Origin: Myxococcota bacterium
GTDB lineage: Bacteria > Myxococcota_A > UBA9160 > UBA6930
Assembly: GCA_965223415.1 (NCBI GenBank)
Contig: OZ245002.1
Coordinates: forward strand, 5,152,001-5,216,000
Length of the DNA: 64,000 bases
Direction of reading: 5' to 3'
Shown in pieces: positions 17,596 through 29,597 of this stretch. Position numbers and translations under genes: made by a program. Every line of letters begins with the position of its first letter. The first letter of the stretch is position 1. The notes beneath the pieces are model-generated. The model was not told where the DNA came from. It saw nothing but the letters and a program-made list of their open reading frames with translations, and did not search any database.

Positions 17596-19912
17596 GGGCC
17601 GGCGGTGCCAGGGTCCGCACCGGGAGGTCGGGCCCGAGCCCGACGACGACCGCGCCGTCCCGTCCGGTCCATTGGAAGCCGGCGCCGGCTGCGGCGGCGG
17701 CAGCACGCACCTCCGCATGCGGAAAGCCGAAGCGCGAGCGGCGGGGCGCGGAGGCCACCGTGAGCCGGGGCGCCACGGCATGGAGCCAGGCGGCCCCGGA
17801 CGAGGTGCGGCTGCCGTGGTGGCCGAGCAGCAGCACCTCCGATCGCAGCTCCAGGCCGCGGGCGAGGAGCGCCCCCTCCTGGGCCCGCGGGAGGTCGCCG
17901 GGCAGCAGGACGCGCCGGCCTGCGACCTCGACGCGAAGCACCAGGGAGCCTTCGTTGCGAACAGACGCCCGGAAGCCGGGCGCCGGCCACAGCACCTCCA
18001 CCCGGGCACCGGGGATCGCGAGCGGCGCTCGGCCGAGCCGCGGCGACTCCACGCGCACGTTCCGCGCCCGAGCGACGTCGAGGAGCTCCCGGAAGGCCGG
18101 ATCGCCGGGGTCGGAGAGCCAGAGCCGCTCGCAAGGCACGGCGCGCAGCACGGCGGGAAGCCCACCCCGGTGGTCCGCGTCGGCGTGGCTCGCCACGACC
18201 AGGTCGAGGCGACGCACGCCGAGCGCCGCCAGTGCCGGGAGCACGACGCTGCGCCCGCGATCGAAGCGCCCGGGCGCGGCGGCGCCTCCGTCGACGAGGA
18301 GGTTGGCCCGGCCGGTCTGCACGAGGATGGCGTCGCCCTGGCCGACGTCCAGGAACACGACACGCGGCGGCGCGGGCTCGAAGCTCGGAGCGGGCCCGAG
18401 GACCAGCATGGCCACGACGACGAGGGCGGCGAGCACCCGCCCACGGGTGCGCCCGCGGAAGAGCGCAACGGCGCCGATTCCCAGGGTCGCCGCCACCACG
18501 AGGGGCGCCGGGCGTACCCGAGGCGTGGGCGGGAGGCCCGCCGAGAGCCCGTGGGCCGCGCCGAGCAGCCAGCCGGCGACTGCCGCGAGCCCGTCCACGG
18601 CGGGGCCGGCCGCCGCCCACGGCGCCAGCAGCGCCGCCGCCAGGGCGAACGGAAGCAGCACGCCCACGAGCGGAACCGCCACCAGGTTCACCAGCAGCCC
18701 GAAGGGCGCGACCCGGCCCAGGTGCAGTGCCGCCAGAGGCGCGGTGGCGAGCAGCGCTGTCGCCGTGACGTTCACCAGCGCCCGAGCCCGACCGCGCAGC
18801 CCGGCGGCCTCCGGCGCGGAAGACCGGCTCAGGGCCGTGGCCGCGGCGAAGGAGAGCTGGGCGCCCGGGGAGAAGAGTGCACCGGGCTCGGCCAGGAGAA
18901 GCAGCGAAGCCGCGGCGACCAGCCCGTGCAGGGTCGGCAACGGCCGCCGCCGAAGGGCGGCCAGGGAGAGGGCCGCCAGCAGGATCCAGGCGCGCCTCAC
19001 CGGGAGCTGGGCGCCGGTCAGCAGCGCGTAGCCCGCGGCGACGAGGAGCGCGCCGGTCAGGGCGAGGCGGCGTGCGTCTCCCGCTCGCGGCGGCGGCAGG
19101 AACGCGCGCAAGGCGGCGAACACCAGGCCCGCCACCAACGTCAGGTGCAGGCCGGACACCGCGAGCAGATGGGCGAGGCCCAGCTCGGCGACGGCGTCGC
19201 GGGTCTCCGGTGCGAGCGCCCGCGCCTCCCCCAGCGCCAGCGCGGCCAGCAGGGCGCCGCCTTCGCCTCGGGCGAGGAGCGCATCCCGCCGCTCCCGGCG
19301 CCAGCGGGCGACGGCGCCGGGCGTGCACCGACCGCTCACCGGCACCTGGAGCCGCTCGTCCACGAGCCGGCCGCGGGCTGCGATGCCGTGGCGCCGCGCG
19401 CGGACCCGAGGGCTCGCCGTGCCCGGGTTGAACGAGGACGGAACCGGCCCGAGCCGAAGGCGCAGCCGCAGCCGGCACCCGACGGGCCGGTCGGCCAGCG
19501 GCAGGCTCGCGAAGTCCGCGCGCTCCGGCGGCGAAGCGCCCTCACCTTCCGGCCCGGTCCACACCTCGATCCGTTCGGGGACCGGCTTCCCGTCCTCGGC
19601 GCGCATCCGGCCGAGCACCACCCGCGCCCGGGAGCCGCGACGCTCCACGAGCTCCACGTCGGCCTCGACCACCCGCTCGGCCGCCGCGACCGGCACGTGC
19701 CGGTCGGCCGAGGCGAGGACCGAGCCCAGCGAGAGCAGCCCCGCGACGGCGCCCAGCAGGACGACGGCGCCACGCCGCCCCCACGCACCGAGTCCCCATG
19801 AGAGCGCCGCCCCGTGAAGGCCGGCGACCAAGCCCGGGCCGATCGGGGCGCCCGCATCGGCCAGCAGCAGCCCGGCGACGTGGCCGCCGAGCCAGAGCGG
19901 AAGGAACGGCAA
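17378..19912 (-). CDS. comEC: DNA internalization competence protein ComEC/Rec2
   Basis: HLLAVSGLH competence motif, FLDVGQGDA, MBL motif SHADADH, GHHGSRTSS, FGFPH. The 3' end overlaps the convergent SDR gene. Confidence 0.88.
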   Translation of the reverse strand: MPFLPLWLGGHVAGLLLADAGAPIGPGLVAGLHGAALSWGLGAWGRRGAVVLLGAVAGLLSLGSVLASADRHVPVAAAERVVEADVELVERRGSRARVVLGRMRAEDGKPVPERIEVWTGPEGEGASPPERADFASLPLADRPVGCRLRLRLRLGPVPSSFNPGTASPRVRARRHGIAARGRLVDERLQVPVSGRCTPGAVARWRRERRDALLARGEGGALLAALALGEARALAPETRDAVAELGLAHLLAVSGLHLTLVAGLVFAALRAFLPPPRAGDARRLALTGALLVAAGYALLTGAQLPVRRAWILLAALSLAALRRRPLPTLHGLVAAASLLLLAEPGALFSPGAQLSFAAATALSRSSAPEAAGLRGRARALVNVTATALLATAPLAALHLGRVAPFGLLVNLVAVPLVGVLLPFALAAALLAPWAAAGPAVDGLAAVAGWLLGAAHGLSAGLPPTPRVRPAPLVVAATLGIGAVALFRGRTRGRVLAALVVVAMLVLGPAPSFEPAPPRVVFLDVGQGDAILVQTGRANLLVDGGAAAPGRFDRGRSVVLPALAALGVRRLDLVVASHADADHRGGLPAVLRAVPCERLWLSDPGDPAFRELLDVARARNVRVESPRLGRAPLAIPGARVEVLWPAPGFRASVRNEGSLVLRVEVAGRRVLLPGDLPRAQEGALLARGLELRSEVLLLGHHGSRTSSGAAWLHAVAPRLTVASAPRRSRFGFPHAEVRAAAAAAGAGFQWTGRDGAVVVGLGPDLPVRTLAPPALSRRSFPRRRARWRRGCRATRRTPGTRTPVRSPPAGRRPGRRQSAGSACRSPPAEAGGSRSSPCRRRRERSH

Positions 19913-19960
19913 CGCCGAGCCTCCCGGGACCGGGGCCCCCGAGCCTAGCGCGAGCGTTGG

Positions 19961-20045
19961 CTAGAGCCCGTCTCAAAAATGTCCAGCGTGCCCGTGTCAC
20001 CGAGGAAGGCCGGTACGCGTTTCACACTTGGGAGACCGGCTCTAG
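19961..20045. mobile_element. 85-bp MITE-like element with imperfect terminal inverted repeats bounded by CTAG
   Basis: Left CTAGAGCCCGTCTCAAAAATGT; reverse complement of right end CTAGAGCCGGTCTCCCAAGTGT; second partial copy at 51941-52003. Confidence 0.75.
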
Positions 20046-20383
20046 TGGAGCGTGCGGTCCTTCAGGTCGGACTGGGTGCGAAGCCGCACGACATAGGCCG
20101 CCAGGGTCTCGAGGGCCTCGTCGAGCTTGCGCAGCTCGTCGTGGAAGTCGCTCATCAGCTGCTGGATCTCGCCCAGGTCACGGGCGGTACGGCGCAGCTC
20201 CGGTTCGCCGTCCCGGTGCACGACGAAGGTGAGCACGGCGCCGGTCAGGAGGCTCTCGTAGGACTGGCCCCCGAGCTGGTCGGCCTGGGGCGCCAGGTGG
20301 GCGGCGAGGGTCTGCGAGACCGACGCGGGGACGCCGCGATCCTCCAGATCCCGCCGGATGCGATCGGCGCTGCGCTTCGACAT
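20042..20383 (-). CDS. Hypothetical coiled-coil protein (113 aa)
   Basis: MSKRSADRIRRDLEDRG...ELRKLDEALETLAAYVVRL; typical codon usage; sigma-54 motif directly upstream. Confidence 0.7.
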   Translation of the reverse strand: MSKRSADRIRRDLEDRGVPASVSQTLAAHLAPQADQLGGQSYESLLTGAVLTFVVHRDGEPELRRTARDLGEIQQLMSDFHDELRKLDEALETLAAYVVRLRTQSDLKDRTLH

Positions 20384-20395
20384 GCCCGGGCAAGG

Positions 20396-20411
20396 AGCAA
20401 ACGCCGTGCCG
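20396..20411 (-). promoter_or_regulatory. Sigma-54 (-24/-12) promoter
   Basis: Minus strand CGGCACGGCGTTTGCT matches TGGCAC-N5-TTGCW with correct GG-N10-GC spacing; rpoN is in the window. Confidence 0.65.
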
Positions 20412-20521
20412 CCGGCCCGGCGACCGGCAGCCGCCGCGTGCATCCCCGCGGCGCAGCAAGGCCTTTCGGGCCGGCCCCGTCTCCTGGGCGCGTGATGCCC
20501 AGTGGGCGGCCCGTTCCCCAA

Positions 20522-22525
20522 TCACGGAACTCCGCTTCCACCTCCGTCTGGGTGCTCCGCAGCCCTTTCGCCGTCCGGGGCCGGCTCCGCCACGGGCTCC
20601 ACGGCCGCGTCGTCGGCAACGGGCTCGGCGGGAGCCGTCCCGCCTTCGTCCACGCTGGCGACGGCTCGGAAGAAGGCATGGATCCGGCGGGCGTCCTTCG
20701 GCGAGATGCCGGGCACCGCCGCGAGGGCCTCCGGCGTCGCCTCGCGTACCCGGCGCAGGGAGCCCAGCTCCCGCAACAGCGCCTTCCGCTTGCCGGGACC
20801 GATGCCCGGGATCTCCTCCAAGATCGAGGTGAGGCCGAGCTTCTGGCGCAAGGAGCGCTGGAACTCGACCGCGAAGCGGTGGGCCTCGTCGCGCACCCGT
20901 TGCAGGAGCAGGAGCCCTCGCGAGCTGGGCGAGAGCAGGACCGGGTTCACCCGGTTCGGCAGGAACAGGCGCTCGGCCTTGAGGCCGCCGGAGCGCTTCA
21001 CCCGTTCCGAGGGGCTCTCCTCGTCGCGTTCCTTGGCGATGCCCACGTGGCCCACCTCCAGGCCCGCGTCCTTCACGAGCGCCGTCACCACGGCGAGCTG
21101 CCCGCGACCGCCGTCCACCACGAGCAGGTCCGGGAGGGGGTCCTTCCCGACCTTCTCGAGCCGCCGGGCGATCACCTCGCGCATGCACGCCAGGTCGTCG
21201 CCGGCCGGTGCCTCCTGGATGCGGTAGCGGCGGTAGCCGCTCTTGTCCGGCAGGCCGTCCACGAAGGTGACGCGGCTCGCGACCGCCAGGGTGCCCTGCA
21301 GGTTGGAGACGTCGTAGCACTCGATGCGACGCGGGGCGGTGGTGAGGAAGAGCTTCTGCTCCAGCTCGGCCAGGGCCGCGTCGACGCTCTCGCGGTTCTC
21401 GAGGCGCCGGGCCAGGGCAAGCTCGGCGTTGCGCAGGGCCATCCCGACGAGCTCGCGGCCGGCGCCACGCTGGGGAACCCGGACCGCCACCTTGCGGCCC
21501 GCCCGCTCGCCGAGCAGTGCCTCCAGGGCCGGCTCGTCGCCGGCGGTCGCCGAGGCCAGCACCTCCGCCGGCACCTGGCGCTCGTGGTCGAGGCCGTAGT
21601 ACTGGCCCAGGAAGGAGCTCATGACGTCGCCGTCGTCGATGCGCACGTCCGAGAATGGGTACTCGGCGGAGCCGATCACCCGGCCCTCGCGGACGTGGAG
21701 CACCTGGACCAGGGCCTCGCCCTTCTTCCGCGCCAGGCCGAACACGTCGCGGTCCATCTGCCGGTCGCTCACGATCTGCTGGCGCTCCACCGTGTGCTCG
21801 ACGGCCTGGATGCGGTCGCGCAGCCGGGCCGCGTCCTCGAAGCGCTCGGCAGCGGCGGCCTCCTGCATTCGTCGCTCCAGAGCGGCGACGAGCTCGCCGG
21901 AGCGACCGCGCAGGAAGAGCTCGGTGCCCTGCAAGAGCTCCGCGTAGGCCTCGGGGGTGACCTTGTCGCAGCACGGGCCCGGGCAGCGGCCCATCTCGTA
22001 CTCGATGCAGGGGCGCCCCCGCCGTGCGTAGTCCTTGAAGACGCCGTCGCTGCAGGTGCGCAGCGGGAAGATCCTCCGCAGGTTCGAGAGCGCGTGCTTC
22101 ATGCCCGTCGACGAGGTGTAGGGCCCGAAGTACTGGGCGCCGTCGCGCTTGAAGCGGCGCACCATGGTGAGCCGCGGCCAGGTCTCGCGAGGGTCGAGAC
22201 GCAACGCGAGGTACTGCTTGTCGTCCCGCAGCCGGACGTTGAAGGGCGGCTTGTGCTGCTTGATCAGCTCGTTCTCGAGGAGCAGCGCGTCCTTCACGGT
22301 GGGCGTCACCAGCACGGCCACGTCCGCCACCCGCGAGACGAGCTTCGGCACCTGCACCCGCCCGTCGCCCCCGGCCTGGAAGTAGGAGCGCACGCGCGTG
22401 CGCAGGTTCTGGGCCTTGCCGACGTAGAGCACCTTCCCCCGGGCGCTCTTCATCAGGTACACGCCCGGGACGGCGGGCAGGCTCTCGATCCGCTCGGCCA
22501 GCCGCTCCTCGGCGGAGGCGGCCAT
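20522..22525 (-). CDS. uvrC: Excinuclease ABC subunit C
   Basis: PGVYLMK..LYVGKAQNLRTRVRSYF GIY-YIG domain, RIECYDVSN, DGGRGQL, RDEAHRFA, HhH GIGPGK. Confidence 0.97.
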   Translation of the reverse strand: MAASAEERLAERIESLPAVPGVYLMKSARGKVLYVGKAQNLRTRVRSYFQAGGDGRVQVPKLVSRVADVAVLVTPTVKDALLLENELIKQHKPPFNVRLRDDKQYLALRLDPRETWPRLTMVRRFKRDGAQYFGPYTSSTGMKHALSNLRRIFPLRTCSDGVFKDYARRGRPCIEYEMGRCPGPCCDKVTPEAYAELLQGTELFLRGRSGELVAALERRMQEAAAAERFEDAARLRDRIQAVEHTVERQQIVSDRQMDRDVFGLARKKGEALVQVLHVREGRVIGSAEYPFSDVRIDDGDVMSSFLGQYYGLDHERQVPAEVLASATAGDEPALEALLGERAGRKVAVRVPQRGAGRELVGMALRNAELALARRLENRESVDAALAELEQKLFLTTAPRRIECYDVSNLQGTLAVASRVTFVDGLPDKSGYRRYRIQEAPAGDDLACMREVIARRLEKVGKDPLPDLLVVDGGRGQLAVVTALVKDAGLEVGHVGIAKERDEESPSERVKRSGGLKAERLFLPNRVNPVLLSPSSRGLLLLQRVRDEAHRFAVEFQRSLRQKLGLTSILEEIPGIGPGKRKALLRELGSLRRVREATPEALAAVPGISPKDARRIHAFFRAVASVDEGGTAPAEPVADDAAVEPVAEPAPDGERAAEHPDGGGSGVP

Positions 22526-24518
22526 CAGCGCTCGCGGAGCTGCTCGGTCGCAAGCTCCCGGATGCGATCGCGCAGCATGGCCGCCCGCTCGTACTCGAGG
22601 GCGTCGGCGGCCTTCTTCATCTCCTCGCGCAGGGCCTCGAGCACCTCGGGCACCTCGTGGGCGGGGATCTCCGGCTCGCTGCGCTCCTCGCTCTTCGCAA
22701 CCGTGACGTAGTCCGCCTCCCAGATCGAGTCGCGCAGGGAGACGATGGCCTTCTCCACCGACTTCGGCGTGATGCCGTGCTCCTCGTTGTACTGGATCTG
22801 GGCCTCCCGGCGCCGGTTCGTCTCGGCCACGGTCTCCCGGATCGAGTCGGTCTCCTTGTCGGCGTAGAGGACCACCGTGCCCCGCACGTTCCGCGCCGCC
22901 CGCCCGATGGTCTGGACCAGGCTGCGGGTGGAGCGCAGGAAGCCCTCCTTGTCCGCGTCCAGGATGGCGACCAGCGACACCTCCGGGATGTCGAGCCCCT
23001 CGCGCAGCAGGTTGATCCCCACCAGGACGTCGAAGACGCCCTCGCGCAGCTCGCGGATGATCTCCGTGCGCTCGATCGTCTGGATGTCACTGTGCAGGTA
23101 GCGGACCTTGACGCCGTGGTCGGCGTAGTAGTCGGTGAGCTCCTCGGCCATGCGCTTGGTCAGGGTCGTCACGAGCACCCGGTCGCCCGCCTCGACCCGG
23201 CCGCGGATTTCGGCCAGGAGATCGTCCACCTGTCCCTGGGCCGGCCGGATCTCCACCTGGGGATCGACCAAGCCGGTGGGCCGGATGATCTGCTCCACCA
23301 CCACACCCTGGCACTTCTCCATCTCGTAATCGCCCGGCGTGGCAGAGACGTAGACGCGGGTGTTGGCACGAGCCTCCCACTCCTCGAAGCGCAGCGGGCG
23401 GTTGTCGAGGGCCGACGGCAGCCGCCAGCCGAACTCGACCAGGGTCTCCTTGCGGGCCCGGTCGCCCCGATACATGCCGCCGATCTGCGGTACCGAGACG
23501 TGGCTCTCGTCCAGGAAGACGAGGCCGTCCTCCGGGAAGTAGTCGTAGAGGGTGTACGGGGTCTGCCCCTCCTGCCGGCCGTCGAGCCAGCGGGAGTAGT
23601 TCTCGACCCCGTGGCAGAAGCCCATCTCCTGCAAGCTCTCCACGTCGTAGAGGGTGCGCTGCTCGAGGCGCTGGGCCTCGAGGAGCTTGCCCTCCTTCTG
23701 GAAGAGGCCGAGCCGGTCGCCGAGCTCGCCTTTGATGCCTTCGCAGGCCTTGCGGATGCGCTGCTCGGTGGCCACGTAGTGGCTGGCCGGGTAGATCATC
23801 GCCCGCTTCGGCCGCGCCAGGACCTTGCCGCGCAGGGGATCGATCTCGGCGATGCTCTCCACCTCGTCGCCGAAGAACTCGATGCGCAGCGCCCGCTCGC
23901 TCTCGTACTGGGGGATCACCTCGACCACGTCGCCGCGCACGCGGAAGGTGCCGCGCCGGAAGTCGTGGTCGTTGCGGTCGTAGAGCATGTCGACGAGCTG
24001 GCGCAGGAAGGCATCCCGGTCGATCGTCCCGCCCACCTCGAGGAAGGCGTGCATCGAGCCATAGGCGTCCGGCGAGCCCAGGCCGTAGATGCAGGAGACG
24101 CTCGCCACCACCAGCACGTCGCGGCGGGTCAGCAGGGCGTGGGTGGCGGAGTGCCGCAGCTTGTCGATCTCGTCGTTGATCGACGAGTCCTTCTCGATGT
24201 AGGTGTCCGTCGAGGGGATGTAGGCCTCGGGCTGGTAGTAGTCGTAGTAGGAGACGAAGTACTCGACGGCGTTCGACGGGAAGAGCTGCTTGAACTCCGC
24301 GTAGAGCTGGGCGGCCAGGGTCTTGTTGGGCGCCATCACCAGGGCCGGCCGATTCAGGGCCTCGATGACGCAGGCCATGGTGAAGGACTTGCCGCTGCCG
24401 GTGACGCCGAGCAGCGTCTGGTGGGCGGCGCCGCGTTCGATGCCCTCCACGAGCTCGGCGATGGCCCGCGGCTGATCGCCCTGGGGCTCGAACTCGCTCT
24501 CGATCTTGAAGGGGTGGC

Positions 24519-24522
<4 letters not shown>
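22525..24522 (-). CDS. uvrB: Excinuclease ABC subunit B
   Basis: [52 protein letters not shown]. Confidence 0.97.
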
Positions 24523-25924
<1,402 letters not shown>

Positions 25925-25928
<4 letters not shown>

Positions 25929-26410
25929 TCGTCGTCCGATTCCAGGAGCACCACGGCCTGGGCGGCGATGCCCTCCCCTCTTCCGATCGCGCCGAGGTGG
26001 TCGGTGCTGGTGATCTTGACGTTCACCCGGCGCGGGTCCACCCCGAGGGCCTCGGCCACGCCCTTGCGCATGCCGTCCTGGTGGGGTGAGAGCCGCGGTG
26101 CCTGGGCGATGACCGTCGCGTCGCAGTTGCCGACCCGAAAGCCCGCCTCCCGAGCGAGGGCCATGGCGCGCTCCAGGAGCTCCCGGGAGGCGATGCCGCG
26201 CAGGCTCTCGTCGGAGGACGGGAAGTGACGGCCCAGGTCGCCCTCGCCGAGCGCGCCGAAGACCGCGTCGGTCACCGCGTGGAGCAGCGCATCGCCGTCC
26301 GAGTGGCCGGCCAGGCCGCGGTCGGAGGGGATCTCCACGCCACCCAGCACGAGCCTTCGCCCGGGCTCGAGGGCGTGGACGTCGAAGCCCTGGCCCACGC
26401 GCGTGTTCAC
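25925..26410 (-). CDS. ispF: 2-C-methyl-D-erythritol 2,4-cyclodiphosphate synthase
   Basis: [32 protein letters not shown]. Confidence 0.95.
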
Positions 26411-27132
26411 GGCGCCGCTCCCTGCAGCACGCTCTCGGCCCAGGCGAGATCGGCGGTGGTGGTGATCTTGCGATTGATCGGGTCGCCCTCGACGACCCGC
26501 ACTTCCACGCCGAGGCGCGCCACGAGGGCGGCGTCGTCGGTGCCGTGGACGCCCTCGGCCCGCGCCTTGGCGAGGGCCTCCCGCAGCCAGTCCACGCGGA
26601 ACACCTGGGGTGTGAGGGCTGCCCACAGGCCCTCCCGGGGCGGCGTCTCCCGGAGGTGGCCGGCCTCGATCCGGTGGATCGTGTCCGCGACCGGAGCGGC
26701 CAGGAACGCCGCGCCGTGCTCGAGGGCCACCTCGACGACCCGCGCGACGTCGGCCGCCGGCACCAGCGGCCGCGCGGCGTCGTGCACGGCGACGTGGGTG
26801 ACGTCGTCGGGAAGGGCCGCGAGCCCGGCCGCCACCGAATCCTGCCGCTCGGCCCCGCCGGCCACCGCCGGCGCCAGCCCATCGATCGCGGTCAGGCTCT
26901 CGGCCAGGGCCTGGAAGCGGCCGAGCCAGGGCTCCGGAACGACCGGCACCAGCGTTCCGATCGCCCGGACCTGGGCCATGCGCAGCAGCGAGCGCTCCAC
27001 GAGGCTGCGCCCGCCGACGGGAAGGAACGCCTTCGGCGGGAGCTCCTCGCCCGCTCCGCCGCCGGCGGAAGCCAGACTGCGGCGCAGGCGCCTGCCGAGG
27101 CCGGCGGCGAGCACGAGAGCGGCCACGCGCAT
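26407..27132 (-). CDS. ispD: 2-C-methyl-D-erythritol 4-phosphate cytidylyltransferase
   Basis: [39 protein letters not shown]. Confidence 0.95.
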   Translation of the reverse strand: MRVAALVLAAGLGRRLRRSLASAGGGAGEELPPKAFLPVGGRSLVERSLLRMAQVRAIGTLVPVVPEPWLGRFQALAESLTAIDGLAPAVAGGAERQDSVAAGLAALPDDVTHVAVHDAARPLVPAADVARVVEVALEHGAAFLAAPVADTIHRIEAGHLRETPPREGLWAALTPQVFRVDWLREALAKARAEGVHGTDDAALVARLGVEVRVVEGDPINRKITTTADLAWAESVLQGAAP

Positions 27133-27254
27133 CGGCGCAACATAGCGGAAGCCGCGTGCCTTCCCCCCCGGGGTTGCTACGGTTCGGCGGCGTAATCGAT
27201 TCGTGCATTCGTGGTCGCTCCGACGGAGCGACGCCTGGAGGGGAGAACGTCTCG

Positions 27255-29036
27255 ATGATTCGCCACCTGTTCGCGGTCGCCTCGATCCTTGGTCTGGCGC
27301 TGGCCCTGGCCATCGCCCCGCCGGTCCTCGCGGAGGAGGAGCCCGCCGCCGAGCCGACCGCAACGGACGACGCCGACGACGCGGCCGAGACGCGAGCCGT
27401 CGCGCCGCCCCCGTCCGATCTGCCCGGCGGAACCCAGCCGGAGCTCCGGGGAGAGCTGGCCCTCTCGCTTCGCGACGCCATCGCCATGGGCATCGAGAAC
27501 AACCTCGACGTCGAGATCGTGCGTCACGATCCGCTGATCGCCGAGCAGGACCACCGCATCGCCCGCGGCGCCCACGACCCGAGCCTCTACGGCACCTTCG
27601 ACTACGCGAGCCGGGAGACCCCCGTGGCGAGCGCCCTGCAGGCGAGCGATCGCCTGGTCGAGCGGGAGAGCACCGGCAGCGCGGGCCTGCGCGGCCTCGT
27701 CCCCAAGCTCGGTTGGACCTACGACCTGGGCGTCACCGGCCGCCGCATCCAGACCACCTCCTCCATCTCGGATCTCTCCCCGGAGTACAACTCGGGCGTC
27801 ACCGGCTCCCTCACGATGCCCATCCTGAAGGGCTTCCTGTGGGGCGAGGCCTGGACCCAGGTGAAGATCACCGGCCTGGGCGACGAGATCGCCAAGGAGG
27901 AGTTCCGCCAGCAGCTGATGGACGTCGTGAAGGGAATCGAGGACGCCTACTGGACCCTCGCCGCCGAGCGGGAGAACCGCTCCGTCGCCAACAAGAGCCT
28001 CGAGACCTCACGGGCGCTGCTCGACCAGACGAACGCCCAGTACGAGGTGGGCGTGGTCTCCCGGGTGGAGGTGACCGAGGCCGAGGCCGGCGTGGCCGAC
28101 CGGGAGTTCCGCCAGATCGGCGCCGGGAACCGCCACGAGAACGCCCAGGACACCCTGATCGACGCGGTGCTCGGGCCCTATCTCGCCCCGACCTCGGACC
28201 TGAGAGTCGTCCCCACCGACCAGCCCGAGGAGTACACGACCTTCGTCCTCGATTCGGAGGAGAGCGCCAAGAAGGCCTTCGAGAAGCGGCCGGAGCTCGG
28301 GGTGGCCCGGCGGCGCCTGAAGCAGAGCCGGGTGAGCCTGAAGTTCGCCCGGAACCAACGGCTGCCGCAGCTGGACCTGGTGGGGACGTACGGATACCGG
28401 GGGCTGGCGGGCGACACGAACCCCCAGCCTCCGCTTTTCGGAGGAGGGGACGCCCAAGTAGCAACGGTCGTCGATGTAGCGACCGGCACCACGGTTCCGG
28501 TCTCGGTCCTCGACACGACCCCTCCGGACCAGAGGACTCGAGCGCCGATCAACATCGACCGCAGCTTCTGGAGCTCGGACGACGACTTCTTCTCCGCCGA
28601 CGGCGCCAAGCAGTGGACGGGAGGCGCCCAGCTCACCATCCCGCTCGGCAACCGGCGGGGGCGCGGCGGGGTCACGAAGGCGGAGCTCGAGCTGCGCAAG
28701 GCGCGGACGAACCTGCGGCGCCTCGAGCAGCAGATCGTGATCGACGTGCGCAAGGCGGTGCGCGACCTGCGCTCGGCCCAGCTCGGCATCGAGGCCGCCG
28801 AGCGCCGGCGCGTGGCGGCGGAGGAGCAGCACCGCGCCGAGCAGATCCGCCTCGAGCACGGCGAGTCGACGCCCTTCGACGTGCTGCAGCGGGAGGAGGA
28901 CCTGGTCGAGGCCCAGAGCCAGAAGATCGGAGCGTTGCAGGTCTACCACAGCTCGGTGGCCGCCCTGGACCGGGCCCAGGGAACGATCCTCGAAGATCGC
29001 GGCGTCGTCGTCGAAGAGGCGCGACCGCTGCGGTAA
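27255..29036 (+). CDS. TolC family outer-membrane protein
   Basis: Signal peptide; [16 protein letters not shown]; two OEP-like repeats (AYWTL.., [17 protein letters not shown]). Confidence 0.85.
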   Translation: MIRHLFAVASILGLALALAIAPPVLAEEEPAAEPTATDDADDAAETRAVAPPPSDLPGGTQPELRGELALSLRDAIAMGIENNLDVEIVRHDPLIAEQDHRIARGAHDPSLYGTFDYASRETPVASALQASDRLVERESTGSAGLRGLVPKLGWTYDLGVTGRRIQTTSSISDLSPEYNSGVTGSLTMPILKGFLWGEAWTQVKITGLGDEIAKEEFRQQLMDVVKGIEDAYWTLAAERENRSVANKSLETSRALLDQTNAQYEVGVVSRVEVTEAEAGVADREFRQIGAGNRHENAQDTLIDAVLGPYLAPTSDLRVVPTDQPEEYTTFVLDSEESAKKAFEKRPELGVARRRLKQSRVSLKFARNQRLPQLDLVGTYGYRGLAGDTNPQPPLFGGGDAQVATVVDVATGTTVPVSVLDTTPPDQRTRAPINIDRSFWSSDDDFFSADGAKQWTGGAQLTIPLGNRRGRGGVTKAELELRKARTNLRRLEQQIVIDVRKAVRDLRSAQLGIEAAERRRVAAEEQHRAEQIRLEHGESTPFDVLQREEDLVEAQSQKIGALQVYHSSVAALDRAQGTILEDRGVVVEEARPLR

Positions 29037-29066
29037 CATCCGCTTTCGCCGTCACCGGAGGAAGCC

Positions 29067-29597
29067 GTGAGCCTGTTCGGAAAGAGTCAGCGCGACTCCG
29101 CACCCGAGCCGAAAGCTCCCGCCGCCCCGTCCGGAGTCGCGAAGGAAGCACCGGCGCCGCCGCCGGCATCGCCTGCATCCGGACGGGAACGAACGCAGAG
29201 CCAAGGAGGAGCCAGCGTGGCCAACATCGGCAAGTCCATCACCATCAAGGGAGACCTCACCGGCAACGAGGATCTCCAGATCGACGGCAACGTGGAGGGC
29301 CGCATCGACCTTCCGAACAACCAGCTGACGATCGGCGCCGAGGGCGAGGTGAAGGCCGAAGTCACCGCCAAGGCCGTCACGGTGGTGGGCCACGTGACCG
29401 GCAACCTGAGCGCGACCGACAAGATCGAGGTCGAGTCCAGCGGCATCGTCGACGGCGACGTCCGCGCCCCCCGCCTCATCATCCAGGAAGGCGCCGTCCT
29501 GAACGGCGCCGTCGAGATGGGCGCCAAGGCCAGCAGCCCCCCCGCCAAGGCCCCCGCTCCGCCCCAGGCCGCCGCGGGGACGGCCTCGGAGGGCTAG
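29067..29597 (+). CDS. Bactofilin (polymer-forming cytoskeletal protein)
   Basis: IGKSITIKGDLTGNEDLQIDGNVEGRI..GAVLNGAVEM beta-helix with Pro/Ala-rich tails. Confidence 0.92.
   Translation: MSLFGKSQRDSAPEPKAPAAPSGVAKEAPAPPPASPASGRERTQSQGGASVANIGKSITIKGDLTGNEDLQIDGNVEGRIDLPNNQLTIGAEGEVKAEVTAKAVTVVGHVTGNLSATDKIEVESSGIVDGDVRAPRLIIQEGAVLNGAVEMGAKASSPPAKAPAPPQAAAGTASEG

Noticed and set aside
13881..19031. Very long alternative-frame ORFs (e.g. 1716 aa at 13881-19031, 1297 aa at 14575-18468, 1269 aa at 42652-46461, 1095 aa at 27203-30490)
   Set aside because: Arg/Pro/Gly-rich shadow frames typical of high-GC DNA; they overlap well-supported genes and contain no motifs.
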